From: Candidatus Harpocratesius repetitus | GTDB lineage: Archaea; Asgardarchaeota; Lokiarchaeia; Sigyniarchaeales; Promethearchaeaceae | DNA: 32,000 nt | Assembly: GCA_021498095.1 (NCBI GenBank) | Contig: JAIZWK010000001.1 | Coordinates: forward strand, 1,770,001-1,802,000 | Direction of reading: 5' to 3' | Part shown: positions 7,860 to 17,434 of the stretch, piece by piece | Layout: each line of letters opens with the position of its first letter | Position numbering within the stretch: position 1 is the stretch's first letter | Notes under the pieces: generated by a model | Database searches by the model: none | The model's input: the letters and a program-made list of their open reading frames with translations, nothing else | What the model was told of the DNA's origin: nothing | Program-made: the position numbers and the translations under genes

Positions 7860-7882
7860 CCTTCTTTTTTTCTTCTTTTCTC
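7860..7882 (+). terminator. Oligo-T/pyrimidine tract, probable archaeal terminator
   Basis: ccttcttttttcttcttttctc immediately after the stop at 7856. Confidence 0.4.
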
Positions 7883-8062
7883 ATCTTGTGAGTTATGTCT
7901 CATCTTTCTCATCATAATTTAATTTTCAATTTGTATTGCGGCATATAATTCAGCAGAATAAATAGAAAGTCGATTATTTCAACTAAAATTAAAGGGTTAT
8001 TATATAATTTTAGGAAGAAGTTTTAAGTAATTCATGAACGCTAGTGATTAAATGAGAAAGAA

Positions 8063-9271
8063 ATGGATATTCCTCCGAAATTTACAAATTGGCCTATTTG
8101 GGATGATCAAGATATTTCTATGGTTAGTAATGTCATTAAATCTGGAAATTGGTGGTGTGGTGCCCCTAAAAATAAAGTAGGAAATCAGGTTTGGGATTTT
8201 CAAGATGAATTTGCACATTATTTGAATGCGAATCATGCATTTGCTTGTACCAATGGAACTCATGCAATTGAAATTTGTCTACGCGCTCTTGGGATTGGAT
8301 TGGGGGATGAAGTAATTGTATCTGATTGGACATTTGTTGCTAGTGCTTCAGCTGTTGTGGCTGTTGGAGCAATACCTATATTTTGTGATATTGACGCAAA
8401 AACATTCCTTATCGATTCGCAGCAAATTAAAAAATTAATAACTCCAAAAACAAAGGCAATTATTTGTGTTCATTTAGGGGGAATGCCATGCAATTTAAAA
8501 GTGATCCTTCAAATTGCAAAAGAAAATGATCTAAAAATCATAGAAGATTGTGCTCATGGTCATGGAAGTCGATACAAAGGTAAATCTGTAGGTCTCTGGG
8601 GTGATTGTGGCACATTCTCTTTTCAAGCAAGTAAGGTACTAAATGCAGGAGAAGGAGGTGCTATAATTTGCAATGATGATCATATTGCCAATAAAATTTA
8701 TGAGATTTTAGATAGCGGGCGCCATCCAGGAGAATGGTTTTATGATCATTTTACGTTCGGCTCAGATTATCGTTTAGGAGAATTAAATGCTGCATTGTTA
8801 CGAAGTCAATTAAAAAAATACCCCAAACAATTTGAAAAACGAAATCAAAGCGCGATTTATTTAAATAGTGCTTTAAGTCTGATTCCTGGAGTGCACCCAC
8901 AGAAGAGATATGATTATGTTGATGGGTGTGCTAATTATGTTTACATTGTTTATTTTGATCCAGAATATTTTGGAGGAATTGATTACAAAATTATGTATAA
9001 AGAATTATCACAAGCAGGAATTCCAACAGATGCATGTTATCCTCCGTTACATAGGCTTGAATTGTTTCAAAAAGTAAAATTGCTGCCAAATATCGATTAT
9101 AGTAATGCCAATTGGGGAAATGAAAAATCTAACCCTGAGCATTTTCCTATAGTTGAGAAAATATATCGTAATGCTTTTCAATTAGATCACCGAGTTCTTC
9201 TCTCTGATCAACCTGCTTTAGATTATATTGTAGGAACTTTAAAAAAAATACAAGAAAAATATAGCATTTAA
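8063..9271 (+). CDS. DegT/DnrJ/EryC1/StrS PLP-dependent sugar aminotransferase, RifK/AHBA-synthase-like subgroup
   Basis: TNGTHA, GDEVIV, EDCAHGHG and FSFQASK (PLP lysine), followed by AGEGG and GSDYRL. The N-terminal WP.WDD...G.WW and C-terminal HRVLL resemble RifK as I recall it. Confidence 0.9.
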   Translation: MDIPPKFTNWPIWDDQDISMVSNVIKSGNWWCGAPKNKVGNQVWDFQDEFAHYLNANHAFACTNGTHAIEICLRALGIGLGDEVIVSDWTFVASASAVVAVGAIPIFCDIDAKTFLIDSQQIKKLITPKTKAIICVHLGGMPCNLKVILQIAKENDLKIIEDCAHGHGSRYKGKSVGLWGDCGTFSFQASKVLNAGEGGAIICNDDHIANKIYEILDSGRHPGEWFYDHFTFGSDYRLGELNAALLRSQLKKYPKQFEKRNQSAIYLNSALSLIPGVHPQKRYDYVDGCANYVYIVYFDPEYFGGIDYKIMYKELSQAGIPTDACYPPLHRLELFQKVKLLPNIDYSNANWGNEKSNPEHFPIVEKIYRNAFQLDHRVLLSDQPALDYIVGTLKKIQEKYSI

Positions 9272-9338
9272 AAAATATAGAAAGTTGAAAACGCTATTAT
9301 ATAGTAAATGAAAAAAAGGTTTATAATGGTGACTTCAG

Positions 9339-10442
9339 TTGAGAAATGAAAATTTAGGTAAAAAAACCCTTCAAGAAATCATGCAAATTCCCGATTCGAT
9401 TGAGAATTCTATCTTTAAGGAAAGGAATAGGGAAAAAATTCTTAGTATTGCTAAAAATATCATTAAAAGTAAATGTGTCTCAATTTATATATTTGGATCA
9501 GGCACAAGTTATCATGCAGGTTTAGTTTCGACATATTGGTTCAGTGAATTAGCCAATTATCCAACACACTGCGAATTAGCACCTGAATTTCCTTATTTGA
9601 TTGAACCAATAATCGCAAAGAAACATGTGGCTATTTGCATCAGTCAATCTGGAGAATCAGAACTTACTATATACTCTGCTAAAAAATCAAAAGAAAAAGG
9701 TGCCTTGGTTATTGGAATTTCAAATAATAGTTCAAGTCAGTTAGCTAAAATCACCGGAGATAACTCCATTATCACTGAAGCAGGACCGGAAGAAAGCATT
9801 TTAGCAACTAAAACGTATCTTAGTCAACTTAGTGTATTAGCCGCGTTGGCAATTGATTTAGCATTTTTACGCCAAAAAATAACTCTTGAAAAATATAATC
9901 AAATTTGGAAAGAATTCCAATCTGTTCCAAATTTAATTAAATCTGCTTTACCAGACATTCATAAGGAAATTTTAAAAATTGCACCATTCTTTAAATTTTC
10001 CCGTAATTGTTTTGTAATTGGAGCAGGTCCTGATTACGCAAATTGTATGGAAGCTGCATTAAAACTTAAAGAAGGTGCTCGAATTTTTTCTCAAGCATTT
10101 TCTACGGCAGAAACTCCACATGGACCCATTACTCTTCTTTCAGATCCCCGTGATGCGTTTGTTCTATGCATTATTCCCCGCCCAGAAGCAACTTCACGAC
10201 ACTCAGATATTATCAAATTGATTAAACGTCTTGAAAAAAAGGGAGTAACCATATTAGGCATAAAAAATCCAAATGATTTCATAAAGGAATTAGAAATCTC
10301 TATTGATATACCCAAGTGTAGCGATTTTTTCTATCCTCTTTTCTCAATTATTCCCGTTCAATTATTAGTGGTGGAAATTGCCGCAATTCAAAATAATGAT
10401 TGTGATCGACCTATATATCTTTCAAAAATTTCCAAATTATGA
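9339..10442 (+). CDS. Double-SIS sugar-phosphate isomerase/deaminase (GlmS C-terminal-like, no glutaminase domain)
   Basis: GSGTSYHAG, ISQSGES, ILATKTY, EAALKLKE, HGPITL and C-terminal DRPIYLSK. The TTG start is supported by GGTGA at 9328-9332 (6-nt spacer). Confidence 0.9.
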   Translation: MRNENLGKKTLQEIMQIPDSIENSIFKERNREKILSIAKNIIKSKCVSIYIFGSGTSYHAGLVSTYWFSELANYPTHCELAPEFPYLIEPIIAKKHVAICISQSGESELTIYSAKKSKEKGALVIGISNNSSSQLAKITGDNSIITEAGPEESILATKTYLSQLSVLAALAIDLAFLRQKITLEKYNQIWKEFQSVPNLIKSALPDIHKEILKIAPFFKFSRNCFVIGAGPDYANCMEAALKLKEGARIFSQAFSTAETPHGPITLLSDPRDAFVLCIIPRPEATSRHSDIIKLIKRLEKKGVTILGIKNPNDFIKELEISIDIPKCSDFFYPLFSIIPVQLLVVEIAAIQNNDCDRPIYLSKISKL

Positions 10443-10508
10443 TTATTTTTCCCAAAATTAAGAAATGGAATTTTTTACAGCAAATTAAAACGAATATATT
10501 GATTTTCC

Positions 10509-11315
10509 ATGTCAAAAAAAGTATTAATTATTTGTCCCCATCCAGATGATGCAGAAGCATTTGCTTCACAATTATGTATGCAGGCAGTACAAGCAAAATG
10601 GGAAGTTCATCAAGTATTGGCTACATGTGATGAATATGGAACTCCAATCAATAAATTTAAAGGACAACGGATTAAAAGAATTCGTTATTTGGAAATGCTA
10701 AAAGCTCAACGCTTGTATGGGGTTGACAAAAATGGAAAATATATTGTGCAACTCCACTGGATGAATTACATCGATGGATTTGTTCCCCAAACGAAATCAG
10801 CCGTTTTCCGACTTAAAGTTTTTATTCAAAAAATCAAACCAGATGTAATTATTGGTCCAGATCCATTTATCTATTATGATAGCCACGTAGATCATATAGC
10901 GGTTGGTAAAAATTATTATCTGGCATTAAGATCTTTAGATCCACTAGAAAGACCGAGGCTTATGCTTTATTTTCAAACATTGATGCCAGATTTTTTTCTC
11001 CCAAAATTACATTATAAAAGGGTGAATTTAGTAAGATCAGCGCATTTAAGTCAATGGAATCCACGAATGGTAAAAATTATCGAAAAATTTAATTCCATTG
11101 TGCAAATTTGGGTAATTCTGAAACATGGATATGTTAGAAAGGTGGAAGGATATCGGCGGGTAACTTTTGATTCTTCACATAATATTCCTTCCGGTTTTGC
11201 TAAAATACTTTTCTTCTTTTTCCGAGATCGTCCTCTTGGGTATAAAGAAGGAAGGTTTATCCCTAATCCAAGAGAATTGGGGCTTGAATTGATTCCTCAT
11301 GAACCAATTCAGTAA
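10509..11315 (+). CDS. PIG-L/LmbE family de-N-acetylase
   Basis: HPDDAE zinc motif, and HVDH after PDP. Confidence 0.85.
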   Translation: MSKKVLIICPHPDDAEAFASQLCMQAVQAKWEVHQVLATCDEYGTPINKFKGQRIKRIRYLEMLKAQRLYGVDKNGKYIVQLHWMNYIDGFVPQTKSAVFRLKVFIQKIKPDVIIGPDPFIYYDSHVDHIAVGKNYYLALRSLDPLERPRLMLYFQTLMPDFFLPKLHYKRVNLVRSAHLSQWNPRMVKIIEKFNSIVQIWVILKHGYVRKVEGYRRVTFDSSHNIPSGFAKILFFFFRDRPLGYKEGRFIPNPRELGLELIPHEPIQ

Positions 11316-11328
11316 AAGATAATAATAG

Positions 11329-12432
11329 ATGAAGATTCAAATAAGAGAATACCTCAAAGTAAATATTATGAAACTAAAAATAGGGATTATTGGCGCCGGA
11401 TTTATTGCAGAGCGCCATATTCATGCATTTTGCCAGATTCCTGAAGTTGAAATTGCCGGTATCTGCTCTCGTAATACAGAAAAGGCACTAATACTTGCTC
11501 GAAAGTATAATATACAACCTGAAATTTTCTCAGATTATCAAATCCTTCTTAATCAAGAGTATGATGCAGTTAGTATTTGTCTTCCAAATTATCTCCATAA
11601 AGATGTAGCAATTCAAGCGTTATCTAAAGGAATGCATGTATTTATTGAAAAACCTCTAGCACGAACTGTTGCTGAAGGGGTTGAAATGATTCACGCAGCC
11701 AGAAAATCTCAGCGCATGATAATGTACTGCGAAAACAACATGTTTGCTCCTGCATTTGTGAAAGCAAAAGAATTGATTGATTCTGGTTCTATTGGAGATA
11801 TTTTTATGGGAAGAGGGAGGGAACACCATTCAGGTCCGCATAGTGCTTGGTTTTATAAGAAACATGATGCAGGGGGCGGTTCTCTTATCGATCTCGGTAT
11901 TCATGATATTGCATGTATTGTATGGTTAACTGGTATGGATGTGAAAGAGGTATTTTGCCAAATACAAACCAATCAACCCGATCGTCACGATTTTGGAAGG
12001 TGTGAAGTGGAAGATAATGCTATAGGAATTCTATATATGGAGAATGGTGCTCAAATTAGTATTGAAGAATCTTGGACTGTCCCCTCCAGTTTTGATGTGA
12101 AAATCGAATTATATGGTGAAAATGGCCAAATTATCGTGAATCCCAGCCGTATGGCTCCAATGGAAGTATTTTGTACTCAAGGCTATGGATATGCTGTTGA
12201 AAAAGCTAGTACCACCAAAGGATGGACTTTTCCTATCCCAGATGAAAATTCTACCTTTGGATATTTACAAGAAATGAACTACTTCGTTCGCTGTATCCAA
12301 CAACAAAATTCAGAAATGAAAGTTTTCCCAGATGGAATTTTTGGCCTCAAAATTCTTGCTATAGTAGAAGCGATGTATGTATCAGCTCAATCAAGAAAAA
12401 TTGAAAAAGTGGAATATCCATTAATAAACTAA
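11329..12432 (+). CDS. Gfo/Idh/MocA family NAD(P)-dependent oxidoreductase
   Basis: IGIIGAGFIA Rossmann motif, HVFIEKPLA, GGGSLIDLGIHD. The likely start is ATG 11368. Confidence 0.92.
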   Translation: MKIQIREYLKVNIMKLKIGIIGAGFIAERHIHAFCQIPEVEIAGICSRNTEKALILARKYNIQPEIFSDYQILLNQEYDAVSICLPNYLHKDVAIQALSKGMHVFIEKPLARTVAEGVEMIHAARKSQRMIMYCENNMFAPAFVKAKELIDSGSIGDIFMGRGREHHSGPHSAWFYKKHDAGGGSLIDLGIHDIACIVWLTGMDVKEVFCQIQTNQPDRHDFGRCEVEDNAIGILYMENGAQISIEESWTVPSSFDVKIELYGENGQIIVNPSRMAPMEVFCTQGYGYAVEKASTTKGWTFPIPDENSTFGYLQEMNYFVRCIQQQNSEMKVFPDGIFGLKILAIVEAMYVSAQSRKIEKVEYPLIN

Positions 12433-12480
12433 GTGTGACTAAGTGAGAATGAATATTGTGATTATCTTAAGTCTATATTT

Positions 12481-14232
12481 TCAATCCCATTGTCCTTGAG
12501 AGCGCAGTTCTTTGATTTTTTGATTTGCCATATTTCTTAAAGCAATATAATCAATTTTTTCAGTTCTATTAAGCGGCATCTCGTTATACTGTAAAATAAC
12601 TACTAAATTCGGACGTTTATATGCCGCTAATCCCTTAGCTGCCTGTATAACTTCTTCTTCTGATATGTGCTTACCTTTTTGTTGTTCTACAAAGGCGATG
12701 ATAGCTTCACCGTAAACAGAATGCTTATGACCAACAATCCCGATATTTTCAACTTTATCCTTAAGTTTTTCTAGCAAAAATCCTTCTATTTCGGGTGGAT
12801 ATACATTATAGCCTTTTGATTTGATCATTAGTTTGGAACGGCCAACAATGTGGAGTCCTTTTTCATCTATAAAACCTAAATCTCCCGTATAACACCAACC
12901 ATCAGATGAGATTGTTTTTTTGGTATTTGTCGCGTCATTTACATATCCGAGAAACACTTGGGGACCTGAAAAGCATATTTCTCCCACTTCACCTATTTGT
13001 TTTTCAGAACCCGAGGTTCCATCTGGATTCATTTCATTACGTATCGATATTGGGGTAATTGGCATCGCATATCCCACACTTTCAGAGAGTAATTGAACAT
13101 CGGCATCTTTTGGCGTGTATGTTGCCATCCCGGATAATTCTGTAAGACCCAATCCTGTTCCTATCTGGGGCGCCATTAACCTTAGTTTTTCAAGAAAAGG
13201 TCGTCCTACAGATTGTCCTCCATATATTGCAAATTTTAAAGAAGAGAGATCATAAGTATTGTAATTTGGTAATCGCCATTCTAAATTAAATAAGGCAGGA
13301 ATTTGGCCCAAAACAGTAATTTTATACTTTTGGATAACTTCTAAGCTAAGATCAGGTTTAAAAAGATCTAAAACTATTGCTGTCCCTCCAAAGAAAAATG
13401 TAGTAATTAGTTGTTCGGCTTGACCTCCAACATGGCTTGGAGGAAGATTTACCAACATTACAAGATCTTTATAACGTAGGTCAAATCCCCACCCCATACA
13501 AAGATTTTGAGCAGTAATTCCTTGATGTGAAAGCAAAGCAGGTTTTGGATATCCAGTAGACCCAGTTGTATAAATCACTTGACAACCATCTGTCTCTTGG
13601 ATATTTGAATGCATTTTTTCATATGTCTCTAAAAGATCTTGGCGTTTTCCTTGATGAATGAGCATATATAATTGATGGGCTGATTTAGCAAAACTCCACG
13701 CAGAAATAACCGATTCTTCCCCTGCTTCTTCAATTAATTGATCTGGTTTGCTAAATTGTATAAAATACTGCACACAATCCACATTATCACGAACTATTTG
13801 AACCATGGATTTAAAATCTGCTACATCAGTTTCCCCTAAATGAAAATACATTTTAGCTTTCACAAGAGAAAGGCATCGAACAACCTCTGTTGGTTTCAAA
13901 CGAATATCCAAAGGAACATGAATTGCTCCGATTTTAAAACATGCATATTGAATGAATATATGTTCTGGGAGGAAAGGAAGGGATGTCGCAATAAAATCTC
14001 CTTTTTGAATGCCTAAATCTATTAATTTAAATGCTAAAGCAGTAGCATTTCTATCAAACTCTTGCCAAGTAAATTCTTGCCCTGTATTTGCCGAAACAAA
14101 AGCAACTTTGGTGGGTTGCTCTTTTGCCCATTTTTCAATAGCTTCATGCACAAGATGTCGATCAAAGTAATCATCTTCGTACATTTTCCATGTTACCATC
14201 GGTACACCATGTTTAAATTCTGGTTTTATCAT
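12481..14232 (-). CDS. Class I adenylate-forming enzyme, probable acyl-CoA synthetase
   Basis: YTTGSTGYPK P-loop, GLGLTE, YTGDLG, GRSKLMIKSKGYNVYP. GGTGA SD at 14239-14243. Confidence 0.9.
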   Translation of the reverse strand: MIKPEFKHGVPMVTWKMYEDDYFDRHLVHEAIEKWAKEQPTKVAFVSANTGQEFTWQEFDRNATALAFKLIDLGIQKGDFIATSLPFLPEHIFIQYACFKIGAIHVPLDIRLKPTEVVRCLSLVKAKMYFHLGETDVADFKSMVQIVRDNVDCVQYFIQFSKPDQLIEEAGEESVISAWSFAKSAHQLYMLIHQGKRQDLLETYEKMHSNIQETDGCQVIYTTGSTGYPKPALLSHQGITAQNLCMGWGFDLRYKDLVMLVNLPPSHVGGQAEQLITTFFFGGTAIVLDLFKPDLSLEVIQKYKITVLGQIPALFNLEWRLPNYNTYDLSSLKFAIYGGQSVGRPFLEKLRLMAPQIGTGLGLTELSGMATYTPKDADVQLLSESVGYAMPITPISIRNEMNPDGTSGSEKQIGEVGEICFSGPQVFLGYVNDATNTKKTISSDGWCYTGDLGFIDEKGLHIVGRSKLMIKSKGYNVYPPEIEGFLLEKLKDKVENIGIVGHKHSVYGEAIIAFVEQQKGKHISEEEVIQAAKGLAAYKRPNLVVILQYNEMPLNRTEKIDYIALRNMANQKIKELRSQGQWD

Positions 14233-14244
14233 AACATTTCACCT

Positions 14245-15177
14245 TTATTTTCGGAATTCTTCCAATTCTTTTTTTGAAGGAATATATGCCCCAGGGAATA
14301 ATTCCTTGAGTTCTTGAACAGATGGTTGTCTACCATACTCGCACAACTCAAAAGCTTCTGCTTTCTTTATACGTTTTCCTGGAAAAGCTTTCTTCCAGAG
14401 TTTACGATAATCAGTTATTATCCTTGAAAACACTGAAATTATAAGCATTTCTAAAATTTCCAGTCTATTTTGAATATCATAATCTTCTGGAATTTGTTCT
14501 TCAAAATTTAGTGTCCAAGGGAGCCAATCCATCATTTGACTTTCATGATTTATCAAAGCAGCACTTTTTTGAGAGTATTCTTCTGTAATATCTAACATTA
14601 TATTCGGAATGAAGGGATAAGGTTTTTGAAAATCATCATATGCATAACAAATTACTGGCATTTTTCTGGTTTTAGAAATTGGAGTGGCTGAACAATAATG
14701 TGGAACAATCAGCATATAACTTGCATCCATCACCAATTGGCCTGTATATCGATGATCTCGGTGATAATCATAGGGACGGTGGGTTATAACTAAATCTGGG
14801 TCAAATTCTCGAATTACTCGCACTACCTTTTCAGTTTGCTCACGATTTACATATACATGCCCATCGTCTATATTAAGTGAGGTGTATTCTGCACCTAGTA
14901 TTTTTGCAGATGCTTGAGCTTCCTTCTGACGAATTTCAGCTAAATCAATTTGATCTTTCTCATAATGCCCAAGATTTCCATTTGTAAGTGAAACATATTT
15001 CACTTTATGCCCTCTAGATGTTAATTTAAGCGTTAAACCTCCCGTAAGCAAATCCGCATCATCCGGATGGGCACAAATTACCAACACCTTTAGTATTTTT
15101 TTTTGTTTTTCATCTCGTGGATAAATCCAAGAACAATTTAATGGCCACAATTGACTATCATATTCCTCTCCACTCAT
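14245..15177 (-). CDS. PIG-L/LmbE family de-N-acylase (second copy)
   Basis: AHPDD, LTNGNLG, R..EA..SAKILG, THRPYDYHRDH. Confidence 0.9.
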   Translation of the reverse strand: MSGEEYDSQLWPLNCSWIYPRDEKQKKILKVLVICAHPDDADLLTGGLTLKLTSRGHKVKYVSLTNGNLGHYEKDQIDLAEIRQKEAQASAKILGAEYTSLNIDDGHVYVNREQTEKVVRVIREFDPDLVITHRPYDYHRDHRYTGQLVMDASYMLIVPHYCSATPISKTRKMPVICYAYDDFQKPYPFIPNIMLDITEEYSQKSAALINHESQMMDWLPWTLNFEEQIPEDYDIQNRLEILEMLIISVFSRIITDYRKLWKKAFPGKRIKKAEAFELCEYGRQPSVQELKELFPGAYIPSKKELEEFRK

Positions 15178-15237
15178 AATGTTTTATTAGTGATAGAAGA
15201 AAATAAATATATATTTGCAAAAAACGAAGGTAAATAA

Positions 15238-15741
15238 TGGATAACGAACAATCAATTAGAATGGTTGAGAGAAGATCTTTCTCGAAATCAAAATATGTGG
15301 AAATTCGTATATATGCATGTTCCAATGTATTCCACCGGTGATTACGGAAGCAATATTGAGTTGGTTAATCAACTTGAGCCGATTTTTGAAGAAAATAATG
15401 TGAATGCAGTATTTTATGGTCATGATCACCATTTTGAATCTTTTTATGTAAATCACACTTCTGCTCAAGGAATATATTATTTTGTGATAGGAACAGATGG
15501 AGCAGGCACAGATGATTTAATTGATAAAAATAAGAGGGGAGATTGTGCTTTGTCTAGCACTACTTTGAATATTTCAAATACAGAATATAACTATAACTGT
15601 TTCTACGGATCTGAATTTCAAATCTACGGTGAAATGAATTATGCATATATTAAAGTAAATGTTTTAGGAAATCAAGCCACATTTAGCGTGATAAGGAGTG
15701 CTGATGGCAGTGAAATCATAAAATTTACTCAAACAAAATAG
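15238..15741 (+). pseudogene. 5'-truncated calcineurin-like metallophosphoesterase (purple acid phosphatase-like)
   Basis: QLEWLREDL...YMHVPMYSTG...VFYGHDHHFE are the C-terminal motifs. The frame is closed by TAA at 15235-15237, so the N-terminal D, GD and GNH motifs are missing. Confidence 0.7.
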
Positions 15742-15821
15742 AATAAAAAATATAGTATCAGTTTTTTTTAGCAAATTTAACAATTTTATCAAAAATTCAG
15801 CTAATTGAAAAAAAATGATTT

Positions 15822-17426
15822 ATGATGAGAATAAAAAATCGAAAAAACTCGAATAAACCTTTTGAAAAATCAAACCCTACACCGAAATCATCAAAATCTA
15901 CAAAATCTCGCGGATTAAAGATGATTCTTAATGATTACAAACCAATTTTATATTTTATTCCCCTAATTATTCTTATTAGTTCCGATGATGCAACCCTCTT
16001 AGTAAATGAAGTTCTCATAATCGTTTTTTTTCAACTTGAAAATAATTTAACACCTTTTGGAATACTTCTTGGAGTATCTCAAATTACCAAAGCGATATCG
16101 CTACTTATTTTTGGATATTTAGCTGATAAATTCCAACGAAAAAAATTATTACTTATTTCTTCTCTCTGCTGGGCAATTTCTGATATCATGATAAGTTTTT
16201 CTGAAAGTTTTGTTATGCTTTTTACATTTAGAGTTCTCAGTTCAGCATTTGCGGGAGCAGCAGCTTCAGTTATTTTGAGTCTTTTAGCCGATTCTTTTTC
16301 GAGCGATGATAGAGGGATGTCTTTTGCAATTTGGACCATGATCAGTACTATCGGTATTGCCATTGGAGGGATGCTTTGTAGTGCATTCAATAAAGTTACT
16401 GTGGATTTCGATGAATCTGCTGATGATTTTATTGCGCGTATAGCAAATATTCGCTCGACAAATTCTACTGAAATAATTCAACAATCTTGGCAAACTCCAT
16501 TTTTAGTTTTTGGATTATTTGGATTAGGATTTATTTTTCTCGCAATGTTCTTTAAAGAGCCAAAAAGAGCTGCAAAAGAAAAAACTCTTGCAGATATTCT
16601 TGCTTATGATGAAGTTGATTACTCTAAATTTTATTCAATCAAATTAAGTGATTTAAAATATATTTGGAAAAGAAAAACGAATTTTTTCTTAGTTGTTAAT
16701 TTTTTTGATACAATATTGGCAGGAATGTTGGTTGGTTATTTAATAATGTGGATTTCTGTTGATATGGGATTTGATGTTAGCGATTCTTCATCTATTGGAT
16801 ATCTTCTTCTCTTTTTAATTCCGATTATCGGTGGTTTAATTTGGGGAAATTTCTTTTGGCCTAAACGAGCAGATGAGGCAGTAAAGAAAGGAAAATTAAC
16901 TGCTCGAGTTAGAACTGCCACATTTTTAGGTTGGGTTCATCTTCCCTTTCTATTATTGGGATTTGCATTTATTCCAAATTACCAAACAATGACTTTATTT
17001 AAAGGAGCTGTGGAGACTACTCCTTTTACTTTTGGTGTTGGATTAACTATCATGGGATTATTAATAGGAATCGGTATGTCGTTTGAGATGGCTGTAGGAC
17101 CTCTTCATTATTCTTCAATGGTCGATGTAAATTTACCAGAACATCGATCAACAATGATTGCTGCCGCTTCTTTTATGGATGCAATAGGACGTGCATTGGG
17201 AACAACTATCGGAGCTGTAATTATGGATTTTTTCATTGCACGTAATAGTCCAAGTCCAATTTCTGAAACTCTTCTTTTTTCTCTTATAACTTTTGGTGTT
17301 ATTTCAGGTTTACTATGGCTTCCAATTTATAAATATGCAAACGGGGATTTTACTGAAGTATCTCGAATACTACAAGAAAGAAAAGAATTTCTGAAGCAAC
17401 AACATGGAATATCTCAAGAGGAGTAG
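15822..17426 (+). CDS. MFS transporter, spinster-like features
   Basis: About 12 TM helices, motif A (GYLADKFQRK), ADSFSSDDRG, and the EPKRAAKE loop after TM6. Confidence 0.85.
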   Translation: MMRIKNRKNSNKPFEKSNPTPKSSKSTKSRGLKMILNDYKPILYFIPLIILISSDDATLLVNEVLIIVFFQLENNLTPFGILLGVSQITKAISLLIFGYLADKFQRKKLLLISSLCWAISDIMISFSESFVMLFTFRVLSSAFAGAAASVILSLLADSFSSDDRGMSFAIWTMISTIGIAIGGMLCSAFNKVTVDFDESADDFIARIANIRSTNSTEIIQQSWQTPFLVFGLFGLGFIFLAMFFKEPKRAAKEKTLADILAYDEVDYSKFYSIKLSDLKYIWKRKTNFFLVVNFFDTILAGMLVGYLIMWISVDMGFDVSDSSSIGYLLLFLIPIIGGLIWGNFFWPKRADEAVKKGKLTARVRTATFLGWVHLPFLLLGFAFIPNYQTMTLFKGAVETTPFTFGVGLTIMGLLIGIGMSFEMAVGPLHYSSMVDVNLPEHRSTMIAAASFMDAIGRALGTTIGAVIMDFFIARNSPSPISETLLFSLITFGVISGLLWLPIYKYANGDFTEVSRILQERKEFLKQQHGISQEE

Positions 17427-17434
17427 AATTAATT

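Noticed and set aside
10440-10502. Selenocysteine or other read-through at TGA stops
   Set aside because: The SIS protein ends at its expected C-terminal motif, the downstream frame is not protein-like, and no in-frame TGA interrupts a recognisable domain elsewhere.
8063-12432. AHBA/ansamycin or aminoglycoside antibiotic biosynthesis cluster
   Set aside because: No aminoDAHP synthase, aminoDHQ synthase or dehydratase, kinase, PKS or glycosyltransferase genes are in the window. Only the RifK/RifL-like pair is present.
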